Source of the DNA: Eledone cirrhosa
Lineage: Eukaryota
Assembly: GCA_964016885.1 (NCBI GenBank)
Contig: OZ024743.1
Span: 80,042,001-80,106,000 of the forward strand
Direction of reading: 5' to 3'
DNA: 64,000 nucleotides
Positions within the stretch are counted from its first letter, which is position 1. Each line of letters starts with the position of its first letter. Shown piece by piece: positions 13,761-28,900 of the stretch. Made by a program: the position numbers and the translations under genes. Under the pieces are notes generated by a model. The model saw only the letters and a list, made by a program, of their open reading frames with translations, had not been told where the DNA came from and did not search any database.

Positions 13761-16700
13761 GACACTCTACCTACCTACACTGGGAATATAAAGATGACAG
13801 AATCTAGTGTGACACTCTACCTACACTGGGAATATAGAGATGACAGAATCTAGTGTGACACTCTACCTACCTACACTGGGAATATAAAGATGACAGAATC
13901 TAGTGTGACACTCTACCTACCTACACTGGGAATATAGAGATGACAGAATCTAGTGTGACACTCTACCTACCTACACTGGGAATATAGAGATGACAGAATC
14001 TAGTGTGACACTCTACCTACACTGGGAATGTAGAGATGACAGAATCTAGTGTGACACTCTACCTACCTACACTGGGAATATAGAGATGACAGAATCTAGT
14101 GTGACACTCTACCTACCTACACTGGGAATATAGAGATGACAGAATCTAGTGTGACACTCTACCTCCCTACACTGGGAATATAGAGATGACAGAATCTAGT
14201 GTGACACTCTACCTACACTGGGAATATAGAGATGACAGAATCTAGTGTGACACTCTACCCACACTGGGAATATAAAGATGACAGAATCTAGTGTGACACT
14301 CTACCTCCTACACTGGGAATATAGAGATGACAGAATCTAGTGTGACACTCTACCTCCCTACACTGGGAATATAGAGATGACAGAATCTAGTGTGACACTC
14401 TACCTACCTACACTGGGAATATAGAGATGACAGAATCTAGTGTGACACTCTACCCTACACTGGGAATATAGAGATGACAGAATCTAGTGTGACACTCTAC
14501 CTTCCTACACTGGGAATATAGAGATGACAGAATCTAGTGTGACACTCTACCTTCCTACACTGGGAATATAGAGATGACAGAATCTAGTGTGACACTCTAC
14601 CTCCCTACACTGGGAATATAGAGAGGACAGAATCTAGTGTGACACTCTACCTCACACTGGGAATATAGAGATGACAGAATCTAGTGTGACACTCTACCTA
14701 CACTGGGAATATAGAGATGACAGAATCTAGTGTGACACTCTACCTACACTGGGAATATAGAGATGACAGAATCTAGTGTGACACTCTACCTACCTACACT
14801 GGGAATATAGAGATGACAGAATCTAGTGTGACACTCTACCTACCTACACTGGGAATATAGAGATGACAGAATCTAGTGTGACACTCTACCCTACACTGGG
14901 AATATAGAGATGACAGAATCTAGTGTGGACACTCTACCTACCTACACTGGGAATATAAAGATAGACAGAATCTAGTGTGACACTACCTCCCTACACTGGG
15001 AATATAAAGATGACAGCATCTAGTGTGACACTCTACCTCCACTGGGAATATAGAGATGACAGAATCTAGTGTGACACTCTACCTACCTACACTGGGAATA
15101 TAAAGATGACAGAATCTAGTGTGTCACTCTACCTACACTGGGAATATAGAGATGACAGAATCTAGTGTGACACTCTACCTCCCTACACTGGGAATATAAA
15201 GATGACAGAATCTAGTGTGACACTCTACCTCCCTACACTGGGAATATAAAGATGACAGAATCTAGTGTGACACTCTACCTACACTGGGAATATAAAGATG
15301 ACAGAATCTAGTGTGACACTCTACCTACCTACACTGGGAATATAAAGATGACAGAATCTAGTGTGACACTCTACCTCCACTGGGAATATAGAGATGACAG
15401 AATCTAGTGTGACACTCTACCTACCTACACTGGGAATATAAAGATGACAGAATCTAGTGTGACACTCTACCTACACTGGGAATATAGAGATGACAGAATC
15501 TAGTGTGACACTCTACCTACCTACACTGGGAATATAAAGATGACAGAATCTAGTGTGACACTACCTCCCTACACTGGGAATATAAAGATGACAGCATCTA
15601 GTGTGACACTCTACCTCCACTGGGAATATAGAGATGACAGAATCTAGTGTGACACTCTACCTACCTACACTGGGAATATAAAGATGACAGAATCTAGTGT
15701 GACACTACCTCCCTACACTGGGAATATAAAGATGACAGAATCTAGTGTGACACTCTACCTACCTACACTGGGAATATAAAGATGACAGAATCTAGTGTGA
15801 CACTACCTCCCTACACTGGGAATATAAAGATGACAGCATCTAGTGTGACACTCTACCTCCACTGGGAATATAGAGATGACAGAATCTAGTGTGACACTCT
15901 ACCTACCTACACTGGGAATATAAAGATGACAGAATCTAGTGTGTCACTCTACCTCCCTACACTGGGAATATAAAGATGACAGAATCTAGTGTGACACTCT
16001 ACCTACACTGGGAATATAGAGATGACAGAATCTAGTGTGACACTCTACCTCCCTACACTGGGAATATAAAGATGACAGAATCTAGTGTGACACTCTACCT
16101 ACACTGGGAATATAGAGATGACAGAATCTAGTGTGACACTCTACCTCCCTACACTGGGAATATAAAGATGACAGAATCTAGTGTGACACTCTACCTACAC
16201 TGGGAATATAGAGATGACAGAATCTAGTGTGACACTCTACCTACACTGGGAATATAGAGATGACAGAATCCAGTGTGACACTCTACCTCCCTACACTGGG
16301 AATATAGAGATGACAGAATCTAGTGTGACACTCTACCTACACTGGGAATATAGAGATGACAGAATCTAGTGTGACACTCTACCTCCCTACACTGGGAATA
16401 TAAAGATGACAGAATCTAGTGTGTCACTCTACCTACACTGGGAATATAGAGATGACAGAATCTAGTGTGACACTCTACCTCCCTACACTGGGAATATAAA
16501 GATGACAGAATCTAGTGTGACACTCTACCTACACTGGGAATATAGAGATGACAGAATCTAGTGTGACACTCTACCTACACTGGGAATATAGAGATGACAG
16601 AATCTAGTGTGACACTCTACCTACACTGGGAATATAGAGATGACAGAATCTAGTGTGACACTCTACCTACACTGGGAATATAGAGATGACAGAATCTAGT

Positions 16701-16809
16701 GTGACACTCTACCTACACTGGGAATATAGAGATGACAGAATCTAGTGTGACACTCTACCTACACTGGGAATATAGAGATGACAGAATCTAGTGTGACACT
16801 CTACCTACA

Positions 16810-19800
16810 CTGGGAATATAGAGATGACAGAATCTAGTGTGACACTCTACCTCCCTACACTGGGAATATAGAGATGACAGCATCTAGTGTGACACTCTAC
16901 CTCCCTACACTGGGAATATAGAGATGACAGAATCTAGTGTGACACTCTACCTACACTGGGAATATAGAGATGACAGAATCTAGTGTGACACTCTACCTCC
17001 CTACACTGGGAATATAGAGATGACAGCATCTAGTGTGACACTCTACCTCCCTACACTGGGAATATAGAGATGACAGAATCTAGTGTGACACTCTACCTAC
17101 ACTGGGAATATAGAGATGACAGAATCTAGTGTGACACTCTACCTACACTGGGAATATAGAGATGACAGAATCTAGTGTGACACTCTACCTACACTGGGAA
17201 TATAGAGATGACAGAATCTAGTGTGACACTCTACCTCCCTACACTGGGAATATAAAGATGACAGAATCTAGTGTGACACTCTACCTACACTGGGAATATA
17301 GAGATGACAGAATCTAGTGTGACACTCTACCTACACTGGGAATATAGAGATGACAGAATCTAGTGTGACACTCTACCTACACTGGGAATATAGAGATGAC
17401 AGAATCTAGTGTGACACTCTACCTCCCTACACTGGGAATATAGAGATGACAGAATCTAGTGTGACACTCTACCTACACTGGGAATATAGAGATGACAGAA
17501 TCTAGTGTGACACTCTACCTACACTGGGAATATAGAGATGACAGAATCTAGTGTGACACTCTACCTCCCTACACTGGGAATATAGAGATGACAGAATCTA
17601 GTGTGACACTCTACCCACACTGGGAATATAGAGATGACAGAATCTAGTGTGACACTCTACCCACACTGGGAATATAGAGATGACAGAATCTAGTGTGATA
17701 CTCTACCTACACTGGGAATATAGAGATGACAGAATCTAGTGTGACACTCTACCTCCCTACACTGGGAATATAGAGATGACAGAATCTAGTGTGACACTCT
17801 ACCTACCTACACTGGGAATATAGAGAGGACAGAATCTAGTGTGACACTCTACCCACACTGGGAATATAGAGATGACAGAATCTAGTGTGACACTCTACCT
17901 ACACTGGGAATATAGAGATGACAGAATCCAGTGTGACACTCTACCTACACTGGGAATATAGAGATGACAGAATCTAGTGTGACACTCTACCTACACTGGG
18001 AATATAGAGATTACAGAATCTAGTGTGACACTCTACCTCCCTACAATGGGAATATAGAGATGACAGCATCTAGTGTGACACTCTACCTCCACTGGGAATA
18101 TAGAGATGACAGAATCTAGTGTGACACTCTACCTCCCTACACTGGGAATATAAAGATGACAGAATCTAGTGTGTCACTCTACCTACACTGGGAATATAGA
18201 GATGACAGAATCTAGTGTGACACTCTACCTACACTGGGAATATAGAGATGACAGAATCTAGTGTGACACTCTACCTAAACTGGGAATATAGAGATGACAG
18301 AATCTAGCGTGACACTCTACCTCCCTACACTGGGAATATAGAGATGACAGAATCTAGTGTGACACTCTACCTACACTGGGAATATAGAGATGACAGAATC
18401 TAGTGTGACACTCTACCTCCCTACACTGGGAATATAGAGATGACAGCATCTAGTGTGACACTCTACCTCCCTACACTGGGAATATAGAGATGACAGAATC
18501 TAGTGTGACACTCTACCTACACTGGGAATATAGAGATGACAGAATCTAGTGTGACACTCTACCTCCCTACACTGGGAATATAGAGATGACAGCATCTAGT
18601 GTGACACTCTACCTCCCTACACTGGGAATATAGAGATGACAGAATCTAGTGTGACACTCTACCTACACTGGGAATATAGAGATGACAGAATCTAGTGTGA
18701 CACTCTACCTACACTGGGAATATAGAGATGACAGAATCTAGTGTGACACTCTACCTACACTGGGAATATAGAGATGACAGAATCTAGTGTGACACTCTAC
18801 CTCCCTACACTGGGAATATAAAGATGACAGAATCTAGTGTGACACTCTACCTACACTGGGAATATAGAGATGACAGAATCTAGTGTGACACTCTACCTAC
18901 ACTGGGAATATAGAGATGACAGAATCTAGTGTGACACTCTACCTACACTGGGAATATAGAGATGACAGAATCTAGTGTGACACTCTACCTCCCTACACTG
19001 GGAATATAGAGATGACAGAATCTAGTGTGACACTCTACCTACACTGGGAATATAGAGATGACAGAATCTAGTGTGACACTCTACCTACACTGGGAATATA
19101 GAGATGACAGAATCTAGTGTGACACTCTACCTCCCTACACTGGGAATATAGAGATGACAGAATCTAGTGTGACACTCTACCCACACTGGGAATATAGAGA
19201 TGACAGAATCTAGTGTGACACTCTACCCACACTGGGAATATAGAGATGACAGAATCTAGTGTGATACTCTACCTACACTGGGAATATAGAGATGACAGAA
19301 TCTAGTGTGACACTCTACCTCCCTACACTGGGAATATAGAGATGACAGAATCTAGTGTGACACTCTACCTACCTACACTGGGAATATAGAGAGGACAGAA
19401 TCTAGTGTGACACTCTACCCACACTGGGAATATAGAGATGACAGAATCTAGTGTGACACTCTACCTACACTGGGAATATAGAGATGACAGAATCCAGTGT
19501 GACACTCTACCTACACTGGGAATATAGAGATGACAGAATCTAGTGTGACACTCTACCTACACTGGGAATATAGAGATGACAGAATCTAGTGTGACACTCT
19601 ACCTCCCTACAATGGGAATATAGAGATGACAGCATCTAGTGTGACACTCTACCTCCACTGGGAATATAGAGATGACAGAATCTAGTGTGACACTCTACCT
19701 CCCTACACTGGGAATATAAAGATGACAGAATCTAGTGTGTCACTCTACCTACACTGGGAATATAGAGATGACAGAATCTAGTGTGACACTCTACCTACAC

Positions 19801-19940
19801 TGGGAATATAGAGATGACAGAATCTAGTGTGACACTCTACCTAAACTGGGAATATAGAGATGACAGAATCTAGCGTGACACTCTACCTCCCTACACTGGG
19901 AATATAGAGATGACAGAATCTAGTGTGACACTCTACCTAA
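16810..19940. repeat. Two-copy tandem duplication, period 1566 bp
   Basis: CTACCCAC 17611/19177, TAGAGAGG 17821/19387, CTACAATGGG 18041/19607. Confidence 0.92.
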
Positions 19941-22900
19941 ACTGGGAATATAGAGATGACAGAATCTAGCGTGACACTCTACCTCCCTACACTGGGAATA
20001 TAGAGATGACAGAATCTAGTGTGACACTCTACCTACACTGGGAATATAGAGATGACAGAATCTAGTGTGACACTCTACCTACACTGGGAATATAGAGATG
20101 ACAGAATCTAGTGTGACACTCTACCTCCCTACACTGGGAATATAGAGATGACAGAATCTAGTGAGACACTCTACCTCCCTACACTGGGAATATAGAGATG
20201 ACAGAATCTAGTGTGACACTCTACCTCCCTACACTGGGAATATAGAGATGACAGAATCTAGTGTGACACTCTACCTCCATACACTGGGAATATAGAGATG
20301 ACAGAATCTAGTGTGATACTCTACCTACACTGGGAATATAGAGATGACAGAATCTAGTGTGACACTCTACCTACACTGGGAATATAGAGATGACAGAATC
20401 TAGTGTGACACTCTACCTACACTGGGAATATAGAGATGACAGAATCTAGTGTGACACTCTACCTCCCTACACTGGGAATATAGAGATGACAGAATCTAGT
20501 GTGACACTCTACCTCCCTACACTGGGAATGTAGAGATGACAGAATCTAGTGTGACATTCTACCTCCCTACACTGGGAATATAGAGATGACAGAATCTAGT
20601 GTGACACTCTACCTACACTGGGAATATAGAGATGACAGAATCTAGTGTGACACTACCTCCCTACACTGGGAATATAGAGATGACATAATCTAGTGTGACA
20701 CTCTACCTACACTGGGAATATAGAGATGACAGAATCTAGTGTGACACTCTACCTACACTGGGAATATAGAGATGACAGAATCTAGTGTGACACTCTACCT
20801 ACACTGGGAATATAGAGATGACAGAATCTAGTGTGACACTCTACCTACACTGGGAATATAGAGATGACAGAATCTAGTGTGACACTCTACCTACACTGGG
20901 AATATAAAGATGACAGAATCTAGTGTGACACTCTACCTACACTGGGAATATAGAGATGACAGAATCTAGTGTGACACTCTACCTCCCTACACTGGGAATA
21001 TAGAGATGACAGCATCTAGTGTGACACTCTACCTACACTGGGAATATAGAGATGACAGAATCTAGTGTGACACTCTACCTCCCTACACTGGGAATATAAA
21101 GATGACAGAATCTAATGTGACACTCTACCTACACTGGGAATATAGAGATGACAGAATCTAGTGTGACACTCTACCTACCTACACTGGGAATATAGAGATG
21201 ACAGAATCTAGTGTGACACTCTACCTACACTGGGAATATAGAGATGACAGTATCTAGTGTGACACTCTACCTACACTGGGAATATAGAGATGACAGAATC
21301 TAGTGTGACACTCTACCTACCTACACTGGGAATATAAAAATGACAGAATCTAGTGTGACACTCTACCTCCCTACACTGGGAATATAAAGATGACAGAATC
21401 TAGTGTGACACTCTACCTACACTGGGAATATAGAGATGACAGAATCTAGTGTGACACTCTACCTACCTACACTGGGAATATAAAGATGACAGAATCTAGT
21501 GTGACACTCTACCTCCCTACACTGGGAATATAGAGATGACAGAATCTAGTGTGACACTCTACCTACCTACACTGGGAATATAGAGATGACAGAATCTAGT
21601 GTGACACTCTACCCACACTGGGAATATAGAGATGACAGAATCTAGTGTGACACTCTACCTACACTGGGAATATAGAGATGACAGAATCCAGTGTGACACT
21701 CTACCTCCCTACACTGGGAATATAGAGATGACAGCATCTAGTGTGACACTCTACCTCCACTGGGAATATAGAGATGACAGAATCTAGTGTGACACTCTAC
21801 CTCCCTACACTGGGAATATAAAGATGACAGAATCTAGTGTGACACTCTACCTACACTGGGAATATAGAGATGACAGAATCTAGTGTGACACTCTACCTAC
21901 ACTGGGAATATAGAGATGACAGAATCTAGTGTGACACTCTACCTACACTGGGAATATAGAGATGACAGAATCTAGTGTGACACTCTACCTACACTGTGAA
22001 TATAGAGAAGACAGAATCTAGTGTGACACTCTACCTACACTGGGAATATAGAGATGACAGAATCTAGCGTGACACTCTACCTCCCTACACTGGGAATATA
22101 GAGATGACAGAATCTAGTGTGACACTCTACCTACACTGGGAATATAGAGATGACAGAATCTAGTGTGACACTCTACCTACACTGGGAATATAGAGATGAC
22201 AGAATCTAGTGTGACACTCTACCTCCCTACACTGGGAATATAGAGATGACAGAATCTAGTGAGACACTCTACCTCCCTACACTGGGAATATAGAGATGAC
22301 AGAATCTAGTGTGGCACTCTACCTCCCTACACTGGGAATATAGAGATGACAGAATCTATTGTGACACTCTACCTCCCTACACTGGGAATATAGAGATGAC
22401 AGAATCTAGTGAGACACTCTACCTACACTGGGAATATAGAGATGACAGAATCTAGTGTGACACTCTACCTCCCTACGCTGGGAATATAGAGATGACAGAA
22501 TCTAGTGTGACACTCTACCTACACTGGGAATATAGTGATGACAGAATCTAGTGTGACACTCTACCTACACAGGGAATATAGAGATGACAGAATCTAGTGT
22601 GACACTCTACCTACACTGGGAATATAGAGATGACATAATCTAGTGTGACACTCTACCTACACTGGGAATATAGAGATGATAGAATCTAGTGTGACACTCT
22701 ACCTCCCTACACTGGAAATATAGAGATGACAGCATCTAGTGTGACACTCTATCTACACTGGGAATATAGAGATGACAGAATCTAGTGTGACACTCTACCT
22801 CCCTACACTGGGAATATAAAGATGACAGAAACTAGTGTTACACTCTACCTACACTGGGAATATAGAGATGACAGAATCTAGTGTGACACTCTACCTACCT

Positions 22901-25900
22901 ACACTGGGAATATAAACATGACATAATCTAGTGTGACACTCTACCTACCTACACTGGGAATATAGAGATGACAGAATCTAGTGTGACACTCTACCTACAC
23001 TGAGAATATAGAGATGACAGAATATAGTGTGACACTCTACCTACACTGGGGATATAGAGATGACAGAATCTAGTGTGACATTCTACCTACCTACACTGGG
23101 AATATAGAGATGACAGAATCTAGTGTGACACTCTACCTACACTGGGAATATAGAGATGACAGAATCTAGTGTGACACTCTACCTACACTGGGAATATAGA
23201 AATGACAGAATCTAGTGTGACACTACCTCCCTACACTGGGAATATAGAGATGACATAATCTAGTATGACACTCTACCTACACTGGGAATATAGAGATGAC
23301 AGAATCTAGTGTGACACTCTACCTACACTGGGAATATAGAGATGACAGAATCTAGTGTGACACTCTACCTACACTGGGAATATAGAGATGACAGAATCTA
23401 GTGTGACACTCTACCTACACTGGGGATATAGAGATGACAGAATCTAGTGTGACACTCTACCTACACTGGGGATATAGAGATGACAGAATCTAGTGTGACA
23501 CTCTACCTACACTGGGAATATAAAGATGACAGAATCTAGTGTGACACTCTACCTACACTGGGAATATAGAGATGACAGAATCTAGTGTGACACTCTACCT
23601 ACCTACACTGGGAATATAAAGATGACAGAATCTAGTGTGACACTCTACCTACACTGGGAATATAAAGATGACAGAATCTAGTGTGACACTCTACCTACAC
23701 TGGGAATATAGAGATGACAGAATCTAGTGTGACACTCTACCTTCACTGGGAATATAAAGATGACAGAATCTAGTGTGACACTCTACCTCCCTACACTGGG
23801 AATATAAAGATGACAGAATCTAGTGTGACACTCTACCTACACTGGGAATATAGAGATGACAGAATCTAGTGTGACACTCTACCTACACTGGGAATATAGA
23901 GATGACAGAATCTAGTGTGACACTCTACCTACACTGGGAATATAGAGATGACAGAATCTAGTGTGACACTCTACCTCCCTACACTGGGAATATAGAGATG
24001 ACAGAATCTAGTGTGACACTCTACCTACACTGGGAATATAGAGATGACAGAATCTAGTGTGACACTCTACCTACACTGGGAATATAGAGATGACAGAATC
24101 TAATGTGACACTCTACCTCCCTACACTGGGAATATAGAGATGACAGAATCTAGTGTGACACTCTACCCACACTGGGAATATAGAGATGACAGAATCTAGT
24201 GTGACACTCTACCCACACTGGGAATATAGAGATGACAGAATCTAGTGTGATACTCTACCTACACTGGGAATATAGAGATGACAGAATCTAGTGTGACACT
24301 CTACCTCCCTACACTGGGAATATAGAGATGACAGAATCTAGTGTGACACTCTACCTACCTACACTGGGAATATAGAGAGGACAGAATCTAGTGTGACACT
24401 CTACCCACACTGGGAATATAGAGATGACAGAATCTAGTGTGACACTCTACCTACACTGGGAATATAGAGATGACAGAATCCAGTGTGACACTCTACCTAC
24501 ACTGGGAATATAGAGATGACAGAATCTAGTGTGACACTCTACCTACACTGGGAATATAGAGATTACAGAATCTAGTGTGACACTCTACCTCCCTACAATG
24601 GGAATATAGAGATGACAGCATCTAGTGTGACACTCTACCTCCACTGGGAATATAGAGATGACAGAATCTAGTGTGACACTCTACCTCCCTACACTGGGAA
24701 TATAAAGATGACAGAATCTAGTGTGTCACTCTACCTACACTGGGAATATAGAGATGACAGAATCTAGTGTGACACTCTACCTACACTGGGAATATAGAGA
24801 TGACAGAATCTAGTGTGACACTCTACCTAAACTGGGAATATAGAGATGACAGAATCTAGCGTGACACTCTACCTCCCTACACTGGGAATATAGAGATGAC
24901 AGAATCTAGTGTGACACTCTACCTACACTGGGAATATAGAGATGACAGAATCTAGTGTGACACTCTACCTCCCTACACTGGGAATATAGAGATGACAGCA
25001 TCTAGTGTGACACTCTACCTCCCTACACTGGGAATATAGAGATGACAGAATCTAGTGTGACACTCTACCTACACTGGGAATATAGAGATGACAGAATCTA
25101 GTGTGACACTCTACCTCCCTACACTGGGAATATAGAGATGACAGCATCTAGTGTGACACTCTACCTCCCTACACTGGGAATATAGAGATGACAGAATCTA
25201 GTGTGACACTCTACCTACACTGGGAATATAGAGATGACAGAATCTAGTGTGACACTCTACCTACACTGGGAATATAGAGATGACAGAATCTAGTGTGACA
25301 CTCTACCTACACTGGGAATATAGAGATGACAGAATCTAGTGTGACACTCTACCTCCCTACACTGGGAATATAAAGATGACAGAATCTAGTGTGACACTCT
25401 ACCTACACTGGGAATATAGAGATGACAGAATCTAGTGTGACACTCTACCTACACTGGGAATATAGAGATGACAGAATCTAGTGTGACACTCTACCTACAC
25501 TGGGAATATAGAGATGACAGAATCTAGTGTGACACTCTACCTCCCTACACTGGGAATATAGAGATGACAGAATCTAGTGTGACACTCTACCTACACTGGG
25601 AATATAGAGATGACAGAATCTAGTGTGACACTCTACCTACACTGGGAATATAGAGATGACAGAATCTAGTGTGACACTCTACCTCCCTACACTGGGAATA
25701 TAGAGATGACAGAATCTAGTGAGACACTCTACCTCCCTACACTGGGAATATAGAGATGACAGAATCTAGTGTGGCACTCTACCTCCCTACACTGGGAATA
25801 TAGAGATGACAGAATCTATTGTGACACTCTACCTCCCTACACTGGGAATATAGAGATGACAGAATCTAGTGAGACACTCTACCTACACTGGGAATATAGA

Positions 25901-28900
25901 GATGACAGAATCTAGTGTGACACTCTACCTCCCTACGCTGGGAATATAGAGATGACAGAATCTAGTGTGACACTCTACCTACACTGGGAATATAGTGATG
26001 ACAGAATCTAGTGTGACACTCTACCTACACAGGGAATATAGAGATGACAGAATCTAGTGTGACACTCTACCTACACTGGGAATATAGAGATGACATAATC
26101 TAGTGTGACACTCTACCTACACTGGGAATATAGAGATGATAGAATCTAGTGTGACACTCTACCTCCCTACACTGGAAATATAGAGATGACAGCATCTAGT
26201 GTGACACTCTATCTACACTGGGAATATAGAGATGACAGAATCTAGTGTGACACTCTACCTCCCTACACTGGGAATATAAAGATGACAGAAACTAGTGTTA
26301 CACTCTACCTACACTGGGAATATAGAGATGACAGAATCTAGTGTGACACTCTACCTACCTACACTGGGAATATAAACATGACATAATCTAGTGTGACACT
26401 CTACCTACCTACACTGGGAATATAGAGATGACAGAATCTAGTGTGACACTCTACCTACACTGAGAATATAGAGATGACAGAATATAGTGTGACACTCTAC
26501 CTACACTGGGGATATAGAGATGACAGAATCTAGTGTGACATTCTACCTACCTACACTGGGAATATAGAGATGACAGAATCTAGTGTGACACTCTACCTAC
26601 ACTGGGAATATAGAGATGACAGAATCTAGTGTGACACTCTACCTACACTGGGAATATAGAAATGACAGAATCTAGTGTGACACTACCTCCCTACACTGGG
26701 AATATAGAGATGACATAATCTAGTATGACACTCTACCTACACTGGGAATATAGAGATGACAGAATCTAGTGTGACACTCTACCTACACTGGGAATATAGA
26801 GATGACAGAATCTAGTGTGACACTCTACCTACACTGGGAATATAGAGATGACAGAATCTAGTGTGACACTCTACCTACACTGGGGATATAGAGATGACAG
26901 AATCTAGTGTGACACTCTACCTACACTGGGGATATAGAGATGACAGAATCTAGTGTGACACTCTACCTACACTGGGAATATAAAGATGACAGAATCTAGT
27001 GTGACACTCTACCTACACTGGGAATATAGAGATGACAGAATCTAGTGTGACACTCTACCTACCTACACTGGGAATATAAAGATGACAGAATCTAGTGTGA
27101 CACTCTACCTACACTGGGAATATAAAGATGACAGAATCTAGTGTGACACTCTACCTACACTGGGAATATAGAGATGACAGAATCTAGTGTGACACTCTAC
27201 CTTCACTGGGAATATAAAGATGACAGAATCTAGTGTGACACTCTACCTCCCTACACTGGGAATATAAAGATGACAGAATCTAGTGTGACACTCTACCTAC
27301 ACTGGGAATATAGAGATGACAGAATCTAGTGTGACACTCTACCTACACTGGGAATATAGAGATGACAGAATCTAGTGTGACACTCTACCTACACTGGGAA
27401 TATAGAGATGACAGAATCTAGTGTGACACTCTACCTCCCTACACTGGGAATATAGAGATGACAGAATCTAGTGTGACACTCTACCTACACTGGGAATATA
27501 GAGATGACAGAATCTAGTGTGACACTCTACCTACACTGGGAATATAGAGATGACAGAATCTAATGTGACACTCTACCTCCCTACACTGGGAATATAGAGA
27601 TGACAGAATCTAGTGTGACACTCTACCCACACTGGGAATATAGAGATGACAGAATCTAGTGTGACACTCTACCCACACTGGGAATATAGAGATGACAGAA
27701 TCTAGTGTGATACTCTACCTACACTGGGAATATAGAGATGACAGAATCTAGTGTGACACTCTACCTCCCTACACTGGGAATATAGAGATGACAGAATCTA
27801 GTGTGACACTCTACCTACCTACACTGGGAATATAGAGAGGACAGAATCTAGTGTGACACTCTACCCACACTGGGAATATAGAGATGACAGAATCTAGTGT
27901 GACACTCTACCTACACTGGGAATATAGAGATGACAGAATCCAGTGTGACACTCTACCTACACTGGGAATATAGAGATGACAGAATCTAGTGTGACACTCT
28001 ACCTACACTGGGAATATAGAGATTACAGAATCTAGTGTGACACTCTACCTCCCTACAATGGGAATATAGAGATGACAGCATCTAGTGTGACACTCTACCT
28101 CCACTGGGAATATAGAGATGACAGAATCTAGTGTGACACTCTACCTCCCTACACTGGGAATATAAAGATGACAGAATCTAGTGTGTCACTCTACCTACAC
28201 TGGGAATATAGAGATGACAGAATCTAGTGTGACACTCTACCTACACTGGGAATATAGAGATGACAGAATCTAGTGTGACACTCTACCTAAACTGGGAATA
28301 TAGAGATGACAGAATCTAGCGTGACTCTCTACCTCCCTACACTGGGAATATAGAGATGACAGAATCTAGTGTGACACTCTACCTACACTGGGAATATAGA
28401 GATGACAGAATCTAGTGTGACACTCTACCTCCCTACACTGGGAATATAGAGATGACAGCATCTAGTGTGACACTCTACCTCCCTACACTGGGAATATAGA
28501 GATGACAGAATCTAGTGTGACACTCTACCTACACTGGGAATATAGAGATGACAGAATCTAGTGTGACACTCTACCTCCCTACACTGGGAATATAGAGATG
28601 ACAGCATCTAGTGTGACACTCTACCTCCCTACACTGGGAATATAGAGATGACAGAATCTAGTGTGACACTCTACCTACACTGGGAATATAGAGATGACAG
28701 AATCTAGTGTGACACTCTACCTACACTGGGAATATAGAGATGACAGAATCTAGTGTGACACTCTACCTACACTGGGAATATAGAGATGACAGAATCTAGT
28801 GTGACACTCTACCTCCCTACACTGGGAATATAAAGATGACAGAATCTAGTGTGACACTCTACCTACACTGGGAATATAGAGATGACAGAATCTAGTGTGA

